Shown: in pieces, positions 1 to 12,757 of the stretch
Layout: the number at the start of each line of letters is the position of its first letter
Position numbering within the stretch: the stretch's first letter is position 1
Source of the DNA: Eledone cirrhosa
Taxonomy: Eukaryota
Direction of reading: 5' to 3'
Assembly (NCBI GenBank): GCA_964016885.1
Contig: OZ024766.1
Location: 15,190,001 to 15,254,000, forward strand
DNA: 64,000 nt
The notes under the pieces: generated by a model
Databases searched by the model: none
Seen by the model: only the letters and a program-made list of their open reading frames with translations
What the model was told of the DNA's origin: nothing
Program-made: the position numbers and the translations under genes

Positions 1-2370
1 AGTCCCTTAATACTGTTGTGGTCCCTGTCTCTTCTCTTCCACCAATCAGTGAGTCCCTTAATACTGTCGTGGTCCCTGTCTCTTCTCTTCCACCAATCAG
101 TGAGTCCCTTAATACTGTTGTGGTCCCTGTCTCTTCTCTTCCACCAATCAGTAAGTCCCTTAATACTGTTGTGGTGCCTGTCTCTTCTCTTCCACCAATC
201 ACTGAGTCCCTTAATACTGTTGTGGTCCCTGTCTCTTCTCTTCCACCAATCAGTGAGTCCCTTAATACTGTCATGGTCCCTGTCTCTTCTCTTCCACCAA
301 TCAGTGAGTCCCTTAATACTGTCGTGGTCCCTGTCTCTTCTCTTCCACCAATCAGTGAGTCCCTTAATACTGTTGTGGTCCCTGTCTCTTCTCTTCCACC
401 AATCAGTGAGTCCCTTAATATTGTCATGGTCCCTGTCTCTTCTCTTCCACCAATCAGTGAGTTCCTTAATACTGTTGTGGTCCCTGTGTCTTCTCTTCCA
501 CCAATCAGTGAGTCCCATAATACTGTCGTGGTCCCTGTCTCTTCTCTTCCACCAATCAGTGAGTCCCTTAATACTGTTGTGGTCCCTGTCTCTTCTCTTC
601 CACCAATCAGTGAGTCCCTTAATACTGTCGTGGTCCCTGTCTCTATCTTCCACCAATCAGTGAGTCCCTAAATACTGTTGTGGTCCCTGTCGCTTCTCTT
701 CCACCAATCAGTGAGTCTCTTAATACTGTCGTGGTCCCTGTCTCTATCTTCCACCAATCAGTGAGTCCCTAAATACTGTTGTGGTCCCTGTCTCTTCTCT
801 TCCACCAATCAGTGAGTCCCTTAATACTGTTGTGGTCCCTGTCTCTATCTTCCACCAATCAGTGAGTCCCTAAATACTGTTGTGGTCCCTGTCTCTTCTC
901 TTCCACCAATCAGTGAGTCCCTAAATACTGTTGTGGTCCCTGTCTCTTCTCTTCCACCAATCAGTGAGTCCCTTAATACTGTCGTGGTCCCTGTCTCTTC
1001 TCTTCCACCAATCAGTGAGTCCCTAAATACTGTTGTGGTCCCTGTCTCTTCTCTTCCACCAATCAGTGAGTCCCTAAATACTGTTGTGGTCCCTGTCTCT
1101 TCTCTTCCACCAATCAGTGAGTCCCTTAATACTGTCGTGGTCCCTGTCTCTTCTCTTCCACCAATCAGTGAGTCTCTTAATACTGTTGTGGTCCCTGTCT
1201 CTTCTCTTCCACCAATCAGTGAGTCCCTAAATACTGTTGTGGTCCCTGTCTCTTCTCTTCCACCAATCAGTGAGTCCCTAAATACTATCATTGTCCCTGT
1301 CTCTTCTCTTCCACCAATCAGTGAGTCCCTTAATACTGTCGTTGTCCCTGTCTCTTCTCTTCCACCAATCAGTGAGTCTCTTAATACTGTTGTGGTCCCT
1401 GTCTCTTCTCTTCCACCAATCAGTGAGTCCCTAAATACTATCATTGTCCCTGTCTCTTCTCTTCCACCAATCAGTGAGTCCCTTAATACTGTCGTTGTCC
1501 CTGTCTCTTCTCTTCCACCAATCAGTGAGTCCCTAAATACTGTTGTGGTCCCTGTCTCTTCTCTTCCACCAATCAGTGAGTCCCTTAATACTGTCGTGGT
1601 CCCTGTCTCTATCTTCCACCAATCAGTGAGTCTCTTAATACTGTCGTGGTCCCTGTCTCTTCTCTTACACCAATCAGTGAGTCCCTAAACACTGTTGTGG
1701 TCCCTGTCTCTTCTCTTCCACCAATCAGTGAGTCCCTTAATACTGTTGTGGTCCCTGTCTCTTCTCTTCCACCAATCAGTGAGTCCCTAAATACTGTTGT
1801 GGTCCCTGTCTCTTCTCTTCCACCAATCAGTGAGTCCCTTAATACTGTTGTGGTCCCTGTCTCTTCTCTTCCACCAATCAGTGAGTCTCTTAATACTGTC
1901 GTGGTCCCTGTCTCTTCTCTTACACCAATCAGTGAGTCCCTAAATACTGTTGTGGTCCCTGTCTCGTCTCATCCACCAATCATTGAGTCCCTTAATACTG
2001 TCATGGTCCCTGTCTCTTCTCTTCCACCAATCAGTGAGTCCCTAAATACTGTCGTGGTCCCTGTCACTTCTCTTCCACCAATCAGTGAGTCCCTTAATAC
2101 TGTTGTGGTCCCTGTCTCTTCTCTTCCACCAATCAGTGAGTCCCTAAATACTGTTGAGTTCCCTGTCTCTTCTCTTCCACCAATCAGTGAGTCCCTTAAT
2201 ACTGTTGTGGTCCCTGTCTCTTCTCTTCCACCAATCAGTGAGTCCCTAAATACTATCATGGTCCCTGTCTCTTCTTTTCCACCAATCAGTGAGTCCCTTA
2301 ATACTGTCGTGGTCCCTGTCTCTTCTCTTCCACCAATCAGTGAGTCCCTAAATACTATCATGGTCCCTGT
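1..2370. repeat. 51-bp minisatellite, ~46 copies, intronic, runs off the left edge of the window
   Basis: Unit agtcccttaatactgttgtggtccctgtctcttctcttccaccaatcagtg. Occasional 50-bp variants shift the frame. Lies ~35 bp past the donor of exon 2409-2546. Confidence 0.95.
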
Positions 2371-2408
2371 CCCTTCCCTCTCTAAAGGGTAAACAGATAA
2401 AAACTTAC

Positions 2409-2546
2409 TTGACTGGCAGCTGTGTCCCCTGTGACCAGGTGAGCACCTTCCATGGATGCAGATACCATTGTCAGAGTAACATTTGCCATTATTCAGACAG
2501 TGGCACTCCTTCACACAGTTGACACCAAACATGCCATGGGCACATC
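2409..2546 (-). CDS. Host gene exon: EGF/laminin-EGF-like repeat (GCAHGMFGVNCVKECHCLNNGKCYSDNGICIHGRCSPGHRGHSCQS)
   Basis: ttttctcAG acceptor, GTAAGT donor, 138 nt, phase 1-1, MEGF10/11-like cysteine spacing. Confidence 0.9.
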
Positions 2547-2573
2547 CTGAGAAAACAACTTCAATATGTAATT

Positions 2574-3146
2574 ACTGTATTTCCTGACGCCGAAGACACT
2601 TCGTCCTCGAGGACACACCCTAATTCTGACAACCAAAAATTTGAAAAAAAATAATTGTTTCTACTTTTGGCACAAGGCCAGTAATTATTCCAGTGTATTA
2701 CTGGTACTTTATTTTATCGACCCCGTAAGGATGAATGGCAAAGTTAACCTCGGCGGGATTTGAACTCAGACCATAAAGGTACGTAACTCTTTGCTGCAAA
2801 GCATGGCGTCAGACCGATACTGCCAATCCACTGCTCTTTGAATTTGAAGAAAAATAATTGTTTCTACTATTGGCACAAGGCCAGCAATCACCCAGTACAT
2901 TACTGGTACTTTATTTTATCGACTCCGTAAGGATGAAAGGCAATGTTAACCTTGGCGGGATTTGAACTCAGAATGGCAAGTGCTGTAACTCTATGCGTCA
3001 AAGCATGGCGTCCGACCCTCTACCGATACTGCCAATTCACCGCCCTTTGAAGAAAAATAATAAACAACTTTCGGCCTCCAGGATGCATGGTAGATTTTTG
3101 AGACTTATTTTAGTAAAAGTAGCGTCTTTGACGCCGGGAAATACGG
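2574..3146. mobile_element. Tigger/pogo-like MITE containing two nested minus-strand SINEs (~2650-2840, ~2855-3045)
   Basis: Imperfect TIRs ctgtatttcctgacgccgaagac / gtctttgacgccgggaaatacggt. A related right end occurs at ~45995-46093. The SINEs are bounded by repeated tttgaagaaaaataat-like sites. Confidence 0.6.
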
Positions 3147-3321
3147 TGAGTTTAATTAATTCAAATTTCAGAGTTGTTATCTTTCATCCTTTGAGTGTAT
3201 CCCATTTACAATAGTAACTCTATAACCCTGCATGTTGTAGAAAGAGCCTAAAATAGTTTGGCATCAAGAAGGGCATCCAGCAGCAAAATAATGCCTCAAT
3301 ACTATATATCATCATCATCAT

Positions 3322-3680
3322 TGGATGCGCAATGTCAATGTGCATGAATGAGCAAGCATAGACGAGTTGAGAAAGAAATTGTGTATAATAGGGATAAGCT
3401 GTAGTGTGTGGGAGAGAAGACTGCGTTGGTATAGACATATGATGTGCATGGAGGATGACTGCTGGGTAAAGAAGTGCCAAGAAATCCCAGTAGAAAGAAG
3501 ATGCAGTAGAGGAAGACCACGAAAATCATGGACGAAGGTGGTGAGATCTGACCTCAGATTGCTGAAGCTCATGGAGGAGATGACGAAAGACTGTGATGAA
3601 TGGAGAGATGCTGTGCTGTATAGGACCCATCCCACCCTTGCAAGCAGGGAAAAGCGGACGTAAAATGATGATGATGATCA
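3322..3680 (+). mobile_element. RTE LINE 3' fragment with (GAT)n tail
   Basis: Translates RRLRWYRH...RGRPRKSW, the RTE C-terminus, and ends in gatgatgat. Confidence 0.85.
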
Positions 3681-3889
3681 TCATCATGGTTATCATCATC
3701 ATCATCATCATTGTTTAACATCCATCTTCCACACTAGTCTGGATTAGATGGTTTTGTTCCACTTGAGGTGAGATTGGTCTGGAGACTGTGTCTTGCTTGT
3801 ACAGAACTGTCTTTGGTAGGTTTTTTACCCCTGGAGGCCCTTCCTAACACCAACCATATTTACAGTGTACATCTTCTGTTTATTACATA

Positions 3890-3962
3890 ATTCTGTTATA
3901 CGTATTTCGAAGATGTCAGAGTGGTTGCATAACTTTCTGACATGTTCTCTTCAGACAAGTTG
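3890..3962 (-). ncRNA. Type I minimal hammerhead ribozyme motif (Penelope-like)
   Basis: Minus strand reads cttgt-CTGAAGA-gaacatgtcaga...tctgacatcttc-GAAA-tacgta-TA-acag. Stem II pairs 11/12 and stem III is palindromic. Confidence 0.7.
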
Positions 3963-4754
3963 AAATTTGTGTTCTTTTATTTTGTTTTTGATATGCTACC
4001 AAGGAGTGGGGGTTAGAGTTGTGTTTGCATTCCTGTCCAGTTATATGGTTTGGATGGCTATTCTAGTAGGCAGATATGAAGCAGGAGGTGCTATTGTTGC
4101 TGACATACTAGGGATGCTAAGTAGGTTAAGGTATCAAATTACCAGAGGGGTAAGTCATCACCCCACCCCCCGTTCATATATGTTAAAGAATTTGTTCGAA
4201 TAATCTACTTATTTTTTTGTTTATTTGAACTTTGTTTATTTGTTTGAACTACATAGCTATATATCCAGGCTGTGTATTATTAGAGAAGGTGATTCTTGTG
4301 TAACTATGTAAGGATGCATTAAATGTATAGATTTAGTCATTATGTTCAGCTCTAGGTGGAAGTTAGCATGGAACGTGTTAACTATCTAATCTAAGGAAAG
4401 TTTTAGATATTTTATGCATACAAGTATTAACTCTTTAGCATTTACATTACTCTGTAATGTATTTTCTCTGTAAAGTCTTTACCTCACATAATAATCTCAC
4501 ATAATATCAAATCCACAAGATTTTGATATTATTTATTTTGAGAACAATACCTTAACAAAAGTATGAGCAGCCAGTTACGGCTGGTTTGAACAGAAAAAGC
4601 ACCACCTACACTCCACTCCCACTATAACCATGACAGCCACCTCCACTCCACCACCACCTCCACTCCACTCCCACTATAACCACGACAGCCACCAACACTC
4701 CACTCCCACTATAACCATGACAACCACCTACACACCACCCCCACCACCACTCAC

Positions 4755-4889
4755 CTTTACAAGTGTTATTCACATCAATATATCCATCTTTACATCCAGT
4801 CACACATTTGCCAGTCAATTGATCACATGTCTTTCTGCAGTTGTTGCACTCTTCTTTACAATTTCATCCATAGAATCCAGGGAGACATT
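4755..4889 (-). CDS. Host gene exon: EGF-like repeat with an in-frame TGA (QCLPGFYG*NCKEECNNCRKTCDQLTGKCVTGCKDGYIDVNNTCK)
   Basis: ctttctAG acceptor, GTGAGT donor, 135 nt, phase 1-1. TGA lies at 4866-4864. Confidence 0.88.
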
Positions 4890-4926
4890 CTAGAAAGACA
4901 AACAATCTTAGTCATTATTTCAATCT

Positions 4927-5310
4927 AGGGCAGTGGATTGGCAGAATCGGTGGAGCATCGAACACCATGCTTTGCGGCATAAAGTTATGGCCCTTTATGA
5001 TCTGAGTTCCAATCCCGCCGAGGGTAACTTTGCTTTTCATCCTTACGGGGTCTTGTGCCTATATAAGGAACCATTATTTTAATCAAGGGCGGTGGATTGG
5101 CAGTATCGTTAGAGTGTCGAACACCATGCTTTGCGGTATTGAGTTACGACCCTTTCCATTCTGAGTTCAAAACCCGCCAAAGTTAGCTTGGCCTTTCATC
5201 CTTACGGGGTCGATAAAATAAAGTACCAGTCACACACTGGGGTCATTTAAATCGACTTTCCCCCTTCCCTTCAAATTGCTGGCCTTGTGCCAACAGTAGA
5301 AACAATTATT
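4927..5310 (+). mobile_element. Two tandem tRNA-derived SINEs
   Basis: A-box-like tggcag(a/t)atcg, B-box-like gagttcaa, conserved core cctttcatccttacggggtcgataaa. The family recurs more than 12 times in the window. Confidence 0.85.
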
Positions 5311-5344
5311 TCAATCTGCACTTTGACAATGCTGTTTATTTTAA

Positions 5345-8300
5345 CCCTTTAGCATTTACATTACCCTGTATTTTCTATTGTATTTTCATGGTAAAGGCTT
5401 TACCTCACATAATTATCTCACGTAGCATTTACATTACTCTGCATTTACTATTGTATTTTAATGGTAAAGGCTTTACCTCACATAATTGTCTCACATAACA
5501 TTTACATTACCCTGTATTTACTATTGTATTTTCATGGTAAAGGCTTTACCTCACATAATTATCTCATAACATTTACATTACTCTGTATTTACTATTGTAT
5601 TTTCATGGTAAAGGCTTTACCTCACATAATTATCTCACATAACATTTACATTACCCTGTATTTACTATTGTATTTTCATGGTAAAGGTTTTACCTCACAT
5701 AATTATCTCATAACATTTAAATTACTCTGTATTTACTATTGTATTTTCATGGTAAAGGCTTTACCTCACATAATTATCTCACATAACATTTACATTACCC
5801 TGTATTTACTATTGTATTTTCATGGTAAAGGCTTTACCTCACATAATTATCTCATAACATTTACATTACCCTGTATTTACTATTGTATTTTCATGGTAAA
5901 GGCTTTACCTCACATAACATTTACATTACTCTGTATTTACTATTGTATTTTCATGGTAAAGGCTTTACCTCACATAATTATCTCACATAACATTTACATT
6001 ACTCTGTATTTACTATTGTATTTTCATGGTAAAGGCTTTACCTCACATAATTATCTCACATAGCATTTACATTACTCTGTATTTACTATTGTATTTTCAT
6101 GGTAAAGGCTTTACCTCACATAATTATCTCATAACATTTACATTACTCTGTATTTACTATTGTATTTTCATGGTAAAGGCTTTACCTCACATAATTATCT
6201 CACATAACATTTACATTACCCTGTATTTACTATTGTATTTTCATGGTAAAGGCTTTACCTCACATAATTATCTCATAACATTTACATTACTCTGTATTTA
6301 CTATTGTATTTTCATGGTAAAGGCTTTACCTCACATAATTATCTCACATAACATTTACATTACCCTGTATTTACTATTGTATTTTCATGGTAAAGGCTTT
6401 ACCTCACATAATTATCTCATAACATTTACATTACTCTGTATTTACTATTGTATTTTCATGGTAAAGGCTTTACCTCACATAATTATCTCATAACATTTAC
6501 ATTACCCTGTATTTACTATTGTATTTTCATGGTAAAGGCTTTACCTCACATAATTATCTCACATAACATTTACATTACTCTGTATTTACTATTGTATTTT
6601 CATGGTAAAGGCTTTACCTCACATAATTATCTCATAACATTTACATTACTCTGTATTTACTATTGTATTTTCATGGTAAAGGCTTTACCACACATAATTA
6701 TCTCACATAACATTTACATTACTCTGTATTTACTATTGTATTTTCATGGTAAAGGCTTTACCTCACATAATTATCTCATAACATTTACATTACCCTGTAT
6801 TTACTATTGTATTTTCATGGTAAAGGCTTTACCTCACATAATTATCTCACATAACATTTACATTACTCTGTATTTACTATTGTATTTTCATGGTAAAGGC
6901 TTTACCTCACATAATTATCTCATAACATTTACATTACTCTGTATTTACTATTGTATTTTCATGGTAAAGGCTTTACCTCACATAATTATCTCACATAACA
7001 TTTACATTACTCTGTATTTACTATTGTATTTTCATGGTAAAGGCTTTACCTCACATAACATTTACATTACTCTGTATTTACTATTGTATTTTCATGTTAA
7101 AGGCTTTACCTCACATAATTCTCATAACATTTACATTACTCTGTATTTACTATTGTATTTTCATGGTAAAGGCTTTACCTCACATAATTATCTCACATAA
7201 CATTTACATTACTCTGTATTTACTATTGTATTTTCATGGTAAAGGCTTTACCTCACATAATTATCTCACACAACATTTACATTACTCTGTATTTACTATT
7301 GTATTTTCATGGTAAAGGCTTTACCTCACATAATTATCTCACGTAACATTTACATTACCCTGTATTTACTATTGTATTTTCATGGTAAAGGCTTTACCTC
7401 ACATAATTATCTCACATAACATTTACATTACTCTGTATTTACTATTGTATTTTCATGGTAAAGGCTTTACCTCACATAATATCTCACATAACATTTACAT
7501 TACCCTGTATTTACTATTGTATTTTCATGGTAAAAGCTTTACCTCACATAATTATCTCACATAACATTTACATTACCCTGTATTTACTATTGTATTTTCA
7601 TGGTAAAGGCTTTACCTCACATAATATCTCACATAACATTTACATTACTCTGTATTTACTATTGTATTTTCATGGTAAAGGCTTTACCTCACATAACATT
7701 TACATTACTCTCTATTTACTATTGTATTTTCATGGTAAAGGCTTTACCTCACATAATTATCTCACATAACATTTACATTACTCTGTATTTACTATTGTAT
7801 TTTCATGGTAAAGGCTTTACCTCACATAATTATCTCACATAACATTTACATTACTCTGTATTTACTATTGTATTTTCATGGTAAAGGCTTTACCTCACAT
7901 AATATCTCACATAACATTTACATTACCCTGTATTTACTATTGTATTTTCATGGTAAAGGCTTTACCTCACATAATATCTCATAACATTTACATTACTCTG
8001 TATTTACTATTGTATTTTCATGGTAAAGGCTTTACCTCACATAATTATCTCACATAACATTTACATTACCCTGTATTTACTATTGTATTTTCATGGTAAA
8101 GGCTTTACCTCACATAATATCTCACATAACATTTACATTACTCTGTATTTACTATTGTATTTTCATGGTAAAGGCTTTACCTCACATAATACCTCACATA
8201 ACATTTACATTACTCTCTATTTACTATTGTATTTTCATGGTAAAGGCTTTACCTCACATAATTATCTCACATAACATTTACCTTACTCTGTATTTACTAT

Positions 8301-9834
8301 TGCATTTTCATGGTAAAGGCTTTACCTCACATAATTATCTCACATAACATTTACATTACTCTGTATTTACTATTGTTTTTTCATGGTAAAGGCTTTACCT
8401 CACATAATTATCTCACGTAACATTTACATTACCCTGTATTTACTATTGTATTTTGATGGTAAAGGCTTTACCTCACATAATTATCTCACATAACATTTAC
8501 ATTACTCTGTATTTACTATTGTATTTTCATGGTAAAGGCTTTACCTCACATAATATCTCACATAACATTTACATTACCCTGTATTTACTATTGTATTTTC
8601 ATGGTAAAGGCTTTACCTCACATAATTATCTCACATAACATTTACATTACCCTGTATTTACTATTGTATTTTCATGGTAAAGGCTTTACCTCACATAATA
8701 TCTCACATAACATTTACATTACTCTGTATTTACTATTGTATTTTCATGGTAAAGGCTTTACCTCACATAACATTTACATTACCCTGTATTTACTATTGTA
8801 TTTTCATGGTAAAGGCTTTACCTCACATAATATCTCACATAACATTTACATTACTCTGTATTTACTATTGTATTTTCATGGTAAAGGCTTTACCTCACAT
8901 AACATTTACATTACTCTCTATTTACTATTGTATTTTCATGGTAAAGGCTTTACCTCACATAATTATCTCACATAACATTTACATTACCCTGTATTTACTA
9001 TTGTATTTTCATGGTAAAGGCTTTACCTCACATAATTATCTCACATAACATTTACATTACTCTGTATTTACTATTGTATTTTCATGGTAAAGGCTTTACC
9101 TCACATAATATCTCACATAACATTTACATTACCCTGTATTTACTATTGTATTTTCATGGTAGAGGCTTTACCTCACATAATATCTCACATAATATTTACA
9201 TTACCCTGTATTTACTATTGTATTTTCATGGTAAAGGCTTTACCTCACATAATATCTCATAACATTTACATTACTCTGTATTTACTATTGTATTTTCATG
9301 GTAAAGGCTTTACCTCACATAATTATCTCACATAACATTTACATTACCCTGTATTTACTATTGTATTTTCATGGTAAAGGCTTTACCTCACATAATATCT
9401 CACATAACATTTACATTACTCTGTATTTACTATTGTATTTTCATGGTAAAGGCTTTACCTCACATAATACCTCACATAACATTTACATTACTCTCTATTT
9501 ACTATTGTATTTTCATGGTAAAGGCTTTACCTCACATAATTATCTCACATAACATTTACCTTACTCTGTATTTACTATTGCATTTTCATGGTAAAGGCTT
9601 TACCTCACATAATTATCTCACATAACATTTACATTACTCTGTATTTACTATTGTATTTTCATGGTAAAGGCTTTACCTCACATAATTATCTCACATAATA
9701 TTGAATCTACAAGATTTTAATATTATTTATTTTGAGAAGAAAACCTTAACATCAGTATGAGTGGCCAGTTGCAGCTGATTTGAACAGAGGTTAGAGAATT
9801 CTGGCCGGATATGGCCAGTTTAAATGCTAAAGGG
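5345..9834. mobile_element. piggyBac-type (TTAA) MITE expanded by an internal satellite
   Basis: TTAA-CCCTTTAGCATTTA ... TAAATGCTAAAGGG-TTAA termini. The non-repeated part matches the 221-bp copy at 18824-19044. Confidence 0.9.
5352..9700. repeat. 71-73-bp (some 60-bp) tandem array, ~60 units, with higher-order structure
   Basis: Unit catttacattactctgtatttactattgtattttcatggtaaaggctttacctcacataattatctcacataa. Identical variant blocks are offset by 1278 bp (ORFs 8020-8274 and 9298-9552). Confidence 0.95.
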
Positions 9835-10294
9835 TTAAACTGTTTACATTCCATTATAATTTCATGTAAGAACCTTTGTTAAGTTATATTCCAAACCACC
9901 TGAACTGCCCCAGGTTCTATGCTACAAAATTGTTTATTCCAAAGCCTTTATATTATCTAAAAATCTTCCATCTAATTTCATGTAAGAACCTTTGTTAAGT
10001 TACATTCCAAACCACCTGAAACTGCCCTTATTCCACTTTAAGTTTACGGTTCATTTCTTTTTCATTTAGTATTGTCTCCTGCAAGAACATAGATGAAAAT
10101 GGATGAAAATGCACAAAAATTCAAACTGGTTATAATCAACAAGTAAAATCTTATTCATTTTTTTTTTTTTGGCATGGCATTGGAAAAGCATCACACTGTC
10201 TAAAAACGTCTGTCTTAAACCAGAAGGCTTGTTAGGCCAATGCTTATCTCGGTTTCATGGCATGAAGCAACTTGAAGTACAAGACACCTTGCTG

Positions 10295-10890
10295 TGAAGG
10301 CACATGTCTTAGTGGTTAGAGCATTGGGTTTGCAATCGAAAGGTTGTGAGTTCAATTCTCGGACCAGGTGATGTGTTGTTTCCTTGAGCAAGACACTTTA
10401 TTTCACATTGCTCCAGTTTACTCAGCTGTAGAAATGAAATGATAGGACTGGGGTCCGTATCATTAAATTACCCTAGACACCTCCAACGAGATATACCTTG
10501 GAGGAGGCCAGCTAAACCTGCATATGTGTGAGCTGTAACAACAACAACCTCGCTGGACAGGACACCAGTCCATCACAGTGTTAAACCTCCAGCTATTACT
10601 GGTACTCATTTTCAGCTATATAATACAATATATTTTTCGTTACGCTGGTGCTTATCTCTGGGAGTACAAGTATCGACTGGGAGTACAAGATTCCCCCTGG
10701 ACAGGACACCAGTCCATCACAGGGTTAAACCTCCAGCTATTACTGGTACTCATTTTCAGCTGAGTATACTGGAGCAATGTGAAGTGAAGTGTTTTGCTCA
10801 AGAACACAACATGTAACCCAGCTCAGGAATCGAACCCATGACATTATGATTCTAAGTCCAACACCCTTACCACTAGGCAATGCACCAAAC
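10295..10890. mobile_element. SINE cluster (tRNA head plus CORE-like ccttgagcaagacac), both orientations
   Basis: tagtggttagagc...gagttcaattc head. Related copies at 11120-11395, 18620-19160, 20968-21240, 35898-36085 and 54590-54800. Confidence 0.75.
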
Positions 10891-11503
10891 TGTGCAACTC
10901 CTAAATATTTTTGTATCTCCTCGTGTTTGTGTTTTTGTAGTTTTTATGTCAAATGAATTCAGAGCATAATCGACATGAGATGATTTCAACTAAAACCTGT
11001 TTCCCTATAAATATGAAACACCCTAATATATATGTATATATGTTAAAGGTATATTATAAAGAGAAAGGACCTGCTGGCTGAGCTCTTGCTCTTTATAAAA
11101 TAGCCATGCTCTACTACCGCGGGCTTTGTGTTGTGTTCTTGAGCAAGACACTTTATTTCACGTTGTTCCAGATCACTCAGCTGTGGAAATGGGTTGCGAT
11201 GTCACTGGTGCCAAGCTGTATCGGCCATTGCCTTTCCCTTGGACAATATCAGTGGCATAGAGAGGGGAGGCTATTATGCATGGGCTACTGCTGGTCTTCT
11301 ACAAAACAACCTTGCCCAGACTTGTGCCTTGGAGGGGAACTTTCTAGACTCAAATTCTATGGTCATTCGTGACCGAAGGATCTCTTTACCTTTTACCCTT
11401 ACTAACCCATGTATCGAATACTCTGTTCAGTAATGGTCTAACTAGTTTTAAACTGGTTCTATCCTGATTTATGTTAAAGGTATAAAGGTATCTATATACT
11501 TAT

Positions 11504-11692
11504 GAAAGACCTCCACTTCACACATGCTAAGGCTAGGTCCTGACAGCAGAATTATTGTGATTTTGTTGCCCTTAACAGGACTAGAACATTGCACATCAAT
11601 AAATTTTGTCTTCTCTAGATTGGAAATCTTCTCACATATTCTGTGTTTTTTGTCTTTTGATACCAACACTATTATTGAGAATTTATTTTGTG
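11504..11692 (-). CDS. Host gene exon: C-terminal half of an F-type lectin/F5-8C-like domain (..CSSPVKGNKITIILLSGPSLSMCEVEVF); non-canonical donor ATAAGT
   Basis: ttttctgcAG acceptor, 189 nt, phase 1-1, LSMCEVEVF motif. The expected GTAAGT donor reads ATAAGT at 11503-11498. Confidence 0.85.
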
Positions 11693-12757
11693 CTGCAGAA
11701 AAACATGGTAAGAAAGTTAAAACAAAAAACAATTAGCAATGGTATTTGGTGGTGGTGGTAGTGGGGATGGTGGTGAGGAGGAGGGAGATTTGGGTAAAGT
11801 TTAGTCAAAAACTGATTGGCAAACATGGGCTTGGACGAGTGCAAGATTTAGGGCACATGAAGCCCTGTGCTAGTTATGTTATGAGGCCTCTTACTCGTAA
11901 AAAATTCATCATAAAAAATTGTGCCAAATTTAGAATTAACCCTTTAGCATTTAAACCGGTTGTATTCGGCCAGAATTTTCTCAACTCTTTCTATTCAAAC
12001 TGGCTGTAACTGGACACTCATACTTATATTAAGGTATTGTTCTCAAAATAAATAACATCAAAATCTCATAGATTCGATATTATGTGAGATAATTATGAGG
12101 GCGGTGGTTTGGCAGTATCGGTAGAGGGTCGGACGCCATGCTTTGCCGCATAGAGTTACGTAATGTAAATGTTATGTGAGGTATTATGTGAGGTAAAGCC
12201 TTTACTGTGACAATACAATAGTATATATAGAGTAATGTAAATGTTATGTGAGATATTATGTGAGGTAAATCCTTTACTGTGACAATACAATAGTATATAT
12301 AGAGTAATGTAAATGTTATGTGAGGTATTATGTGAGGTAAAGCCTTTACTGTGACAATACAATAGTATATATAGAGTAATGTAAATGTTATGTGAGATAT
12401 TATGTGAGGTAAAGCCTTTACTGTGAAAATACAATAGTATATATAGAGTAATGTAAATGTTATGTGAGATATTATGTGAGGTAAAGCCTTTACTGTGAAC
12501 ATACAATAGTATATATAGAGTGGTTTCTTTATTTGCCACTAGGGCACAAAAGGTAGGGACAGATACAAGGGGGGATGTTTACATATAATTAACGAGTACA
12601 AAAATATAACAATGAAATAACAACAACAAACGAAGTCCTCAATAGGGAGGGGGCATTAACATGGGTCGCACACACCCCGGAAAAATGTGCAACCCTTCTC
12701 CTCAGGAGCACAAAGAGTAGGTGATTCCCTCGTCTCCTCTTTTTCCTCTTCTTTCAC

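Noticed and set aside
16-2392. Long repetitive ORFs on both strands (VVVPVSSLPPISESLNT and others)
   Set aside because: They arise from a 51-bp minisatellite; 50-bp variants break the frame and there is no usable splice context.
4864-4866. TGA as selenocysteine
   Set aside because: The position is not a conserved cysteine of the EGF repeat, and no SECIS can be assessed.
5461-9625. Many MVKALPHII.. ORFs; CRISPR-like regular spacing
   Set aside because: This is a head-to-tail satellite with no unique spacers and no cas genes, in a eukaryotic context.
10295-10370. tRNA-like sequences (also at 20968 and 35898)
   Set aside because: They are SINE heads followed by the shared SINE core, not complete cloverleaf tRNA genes.
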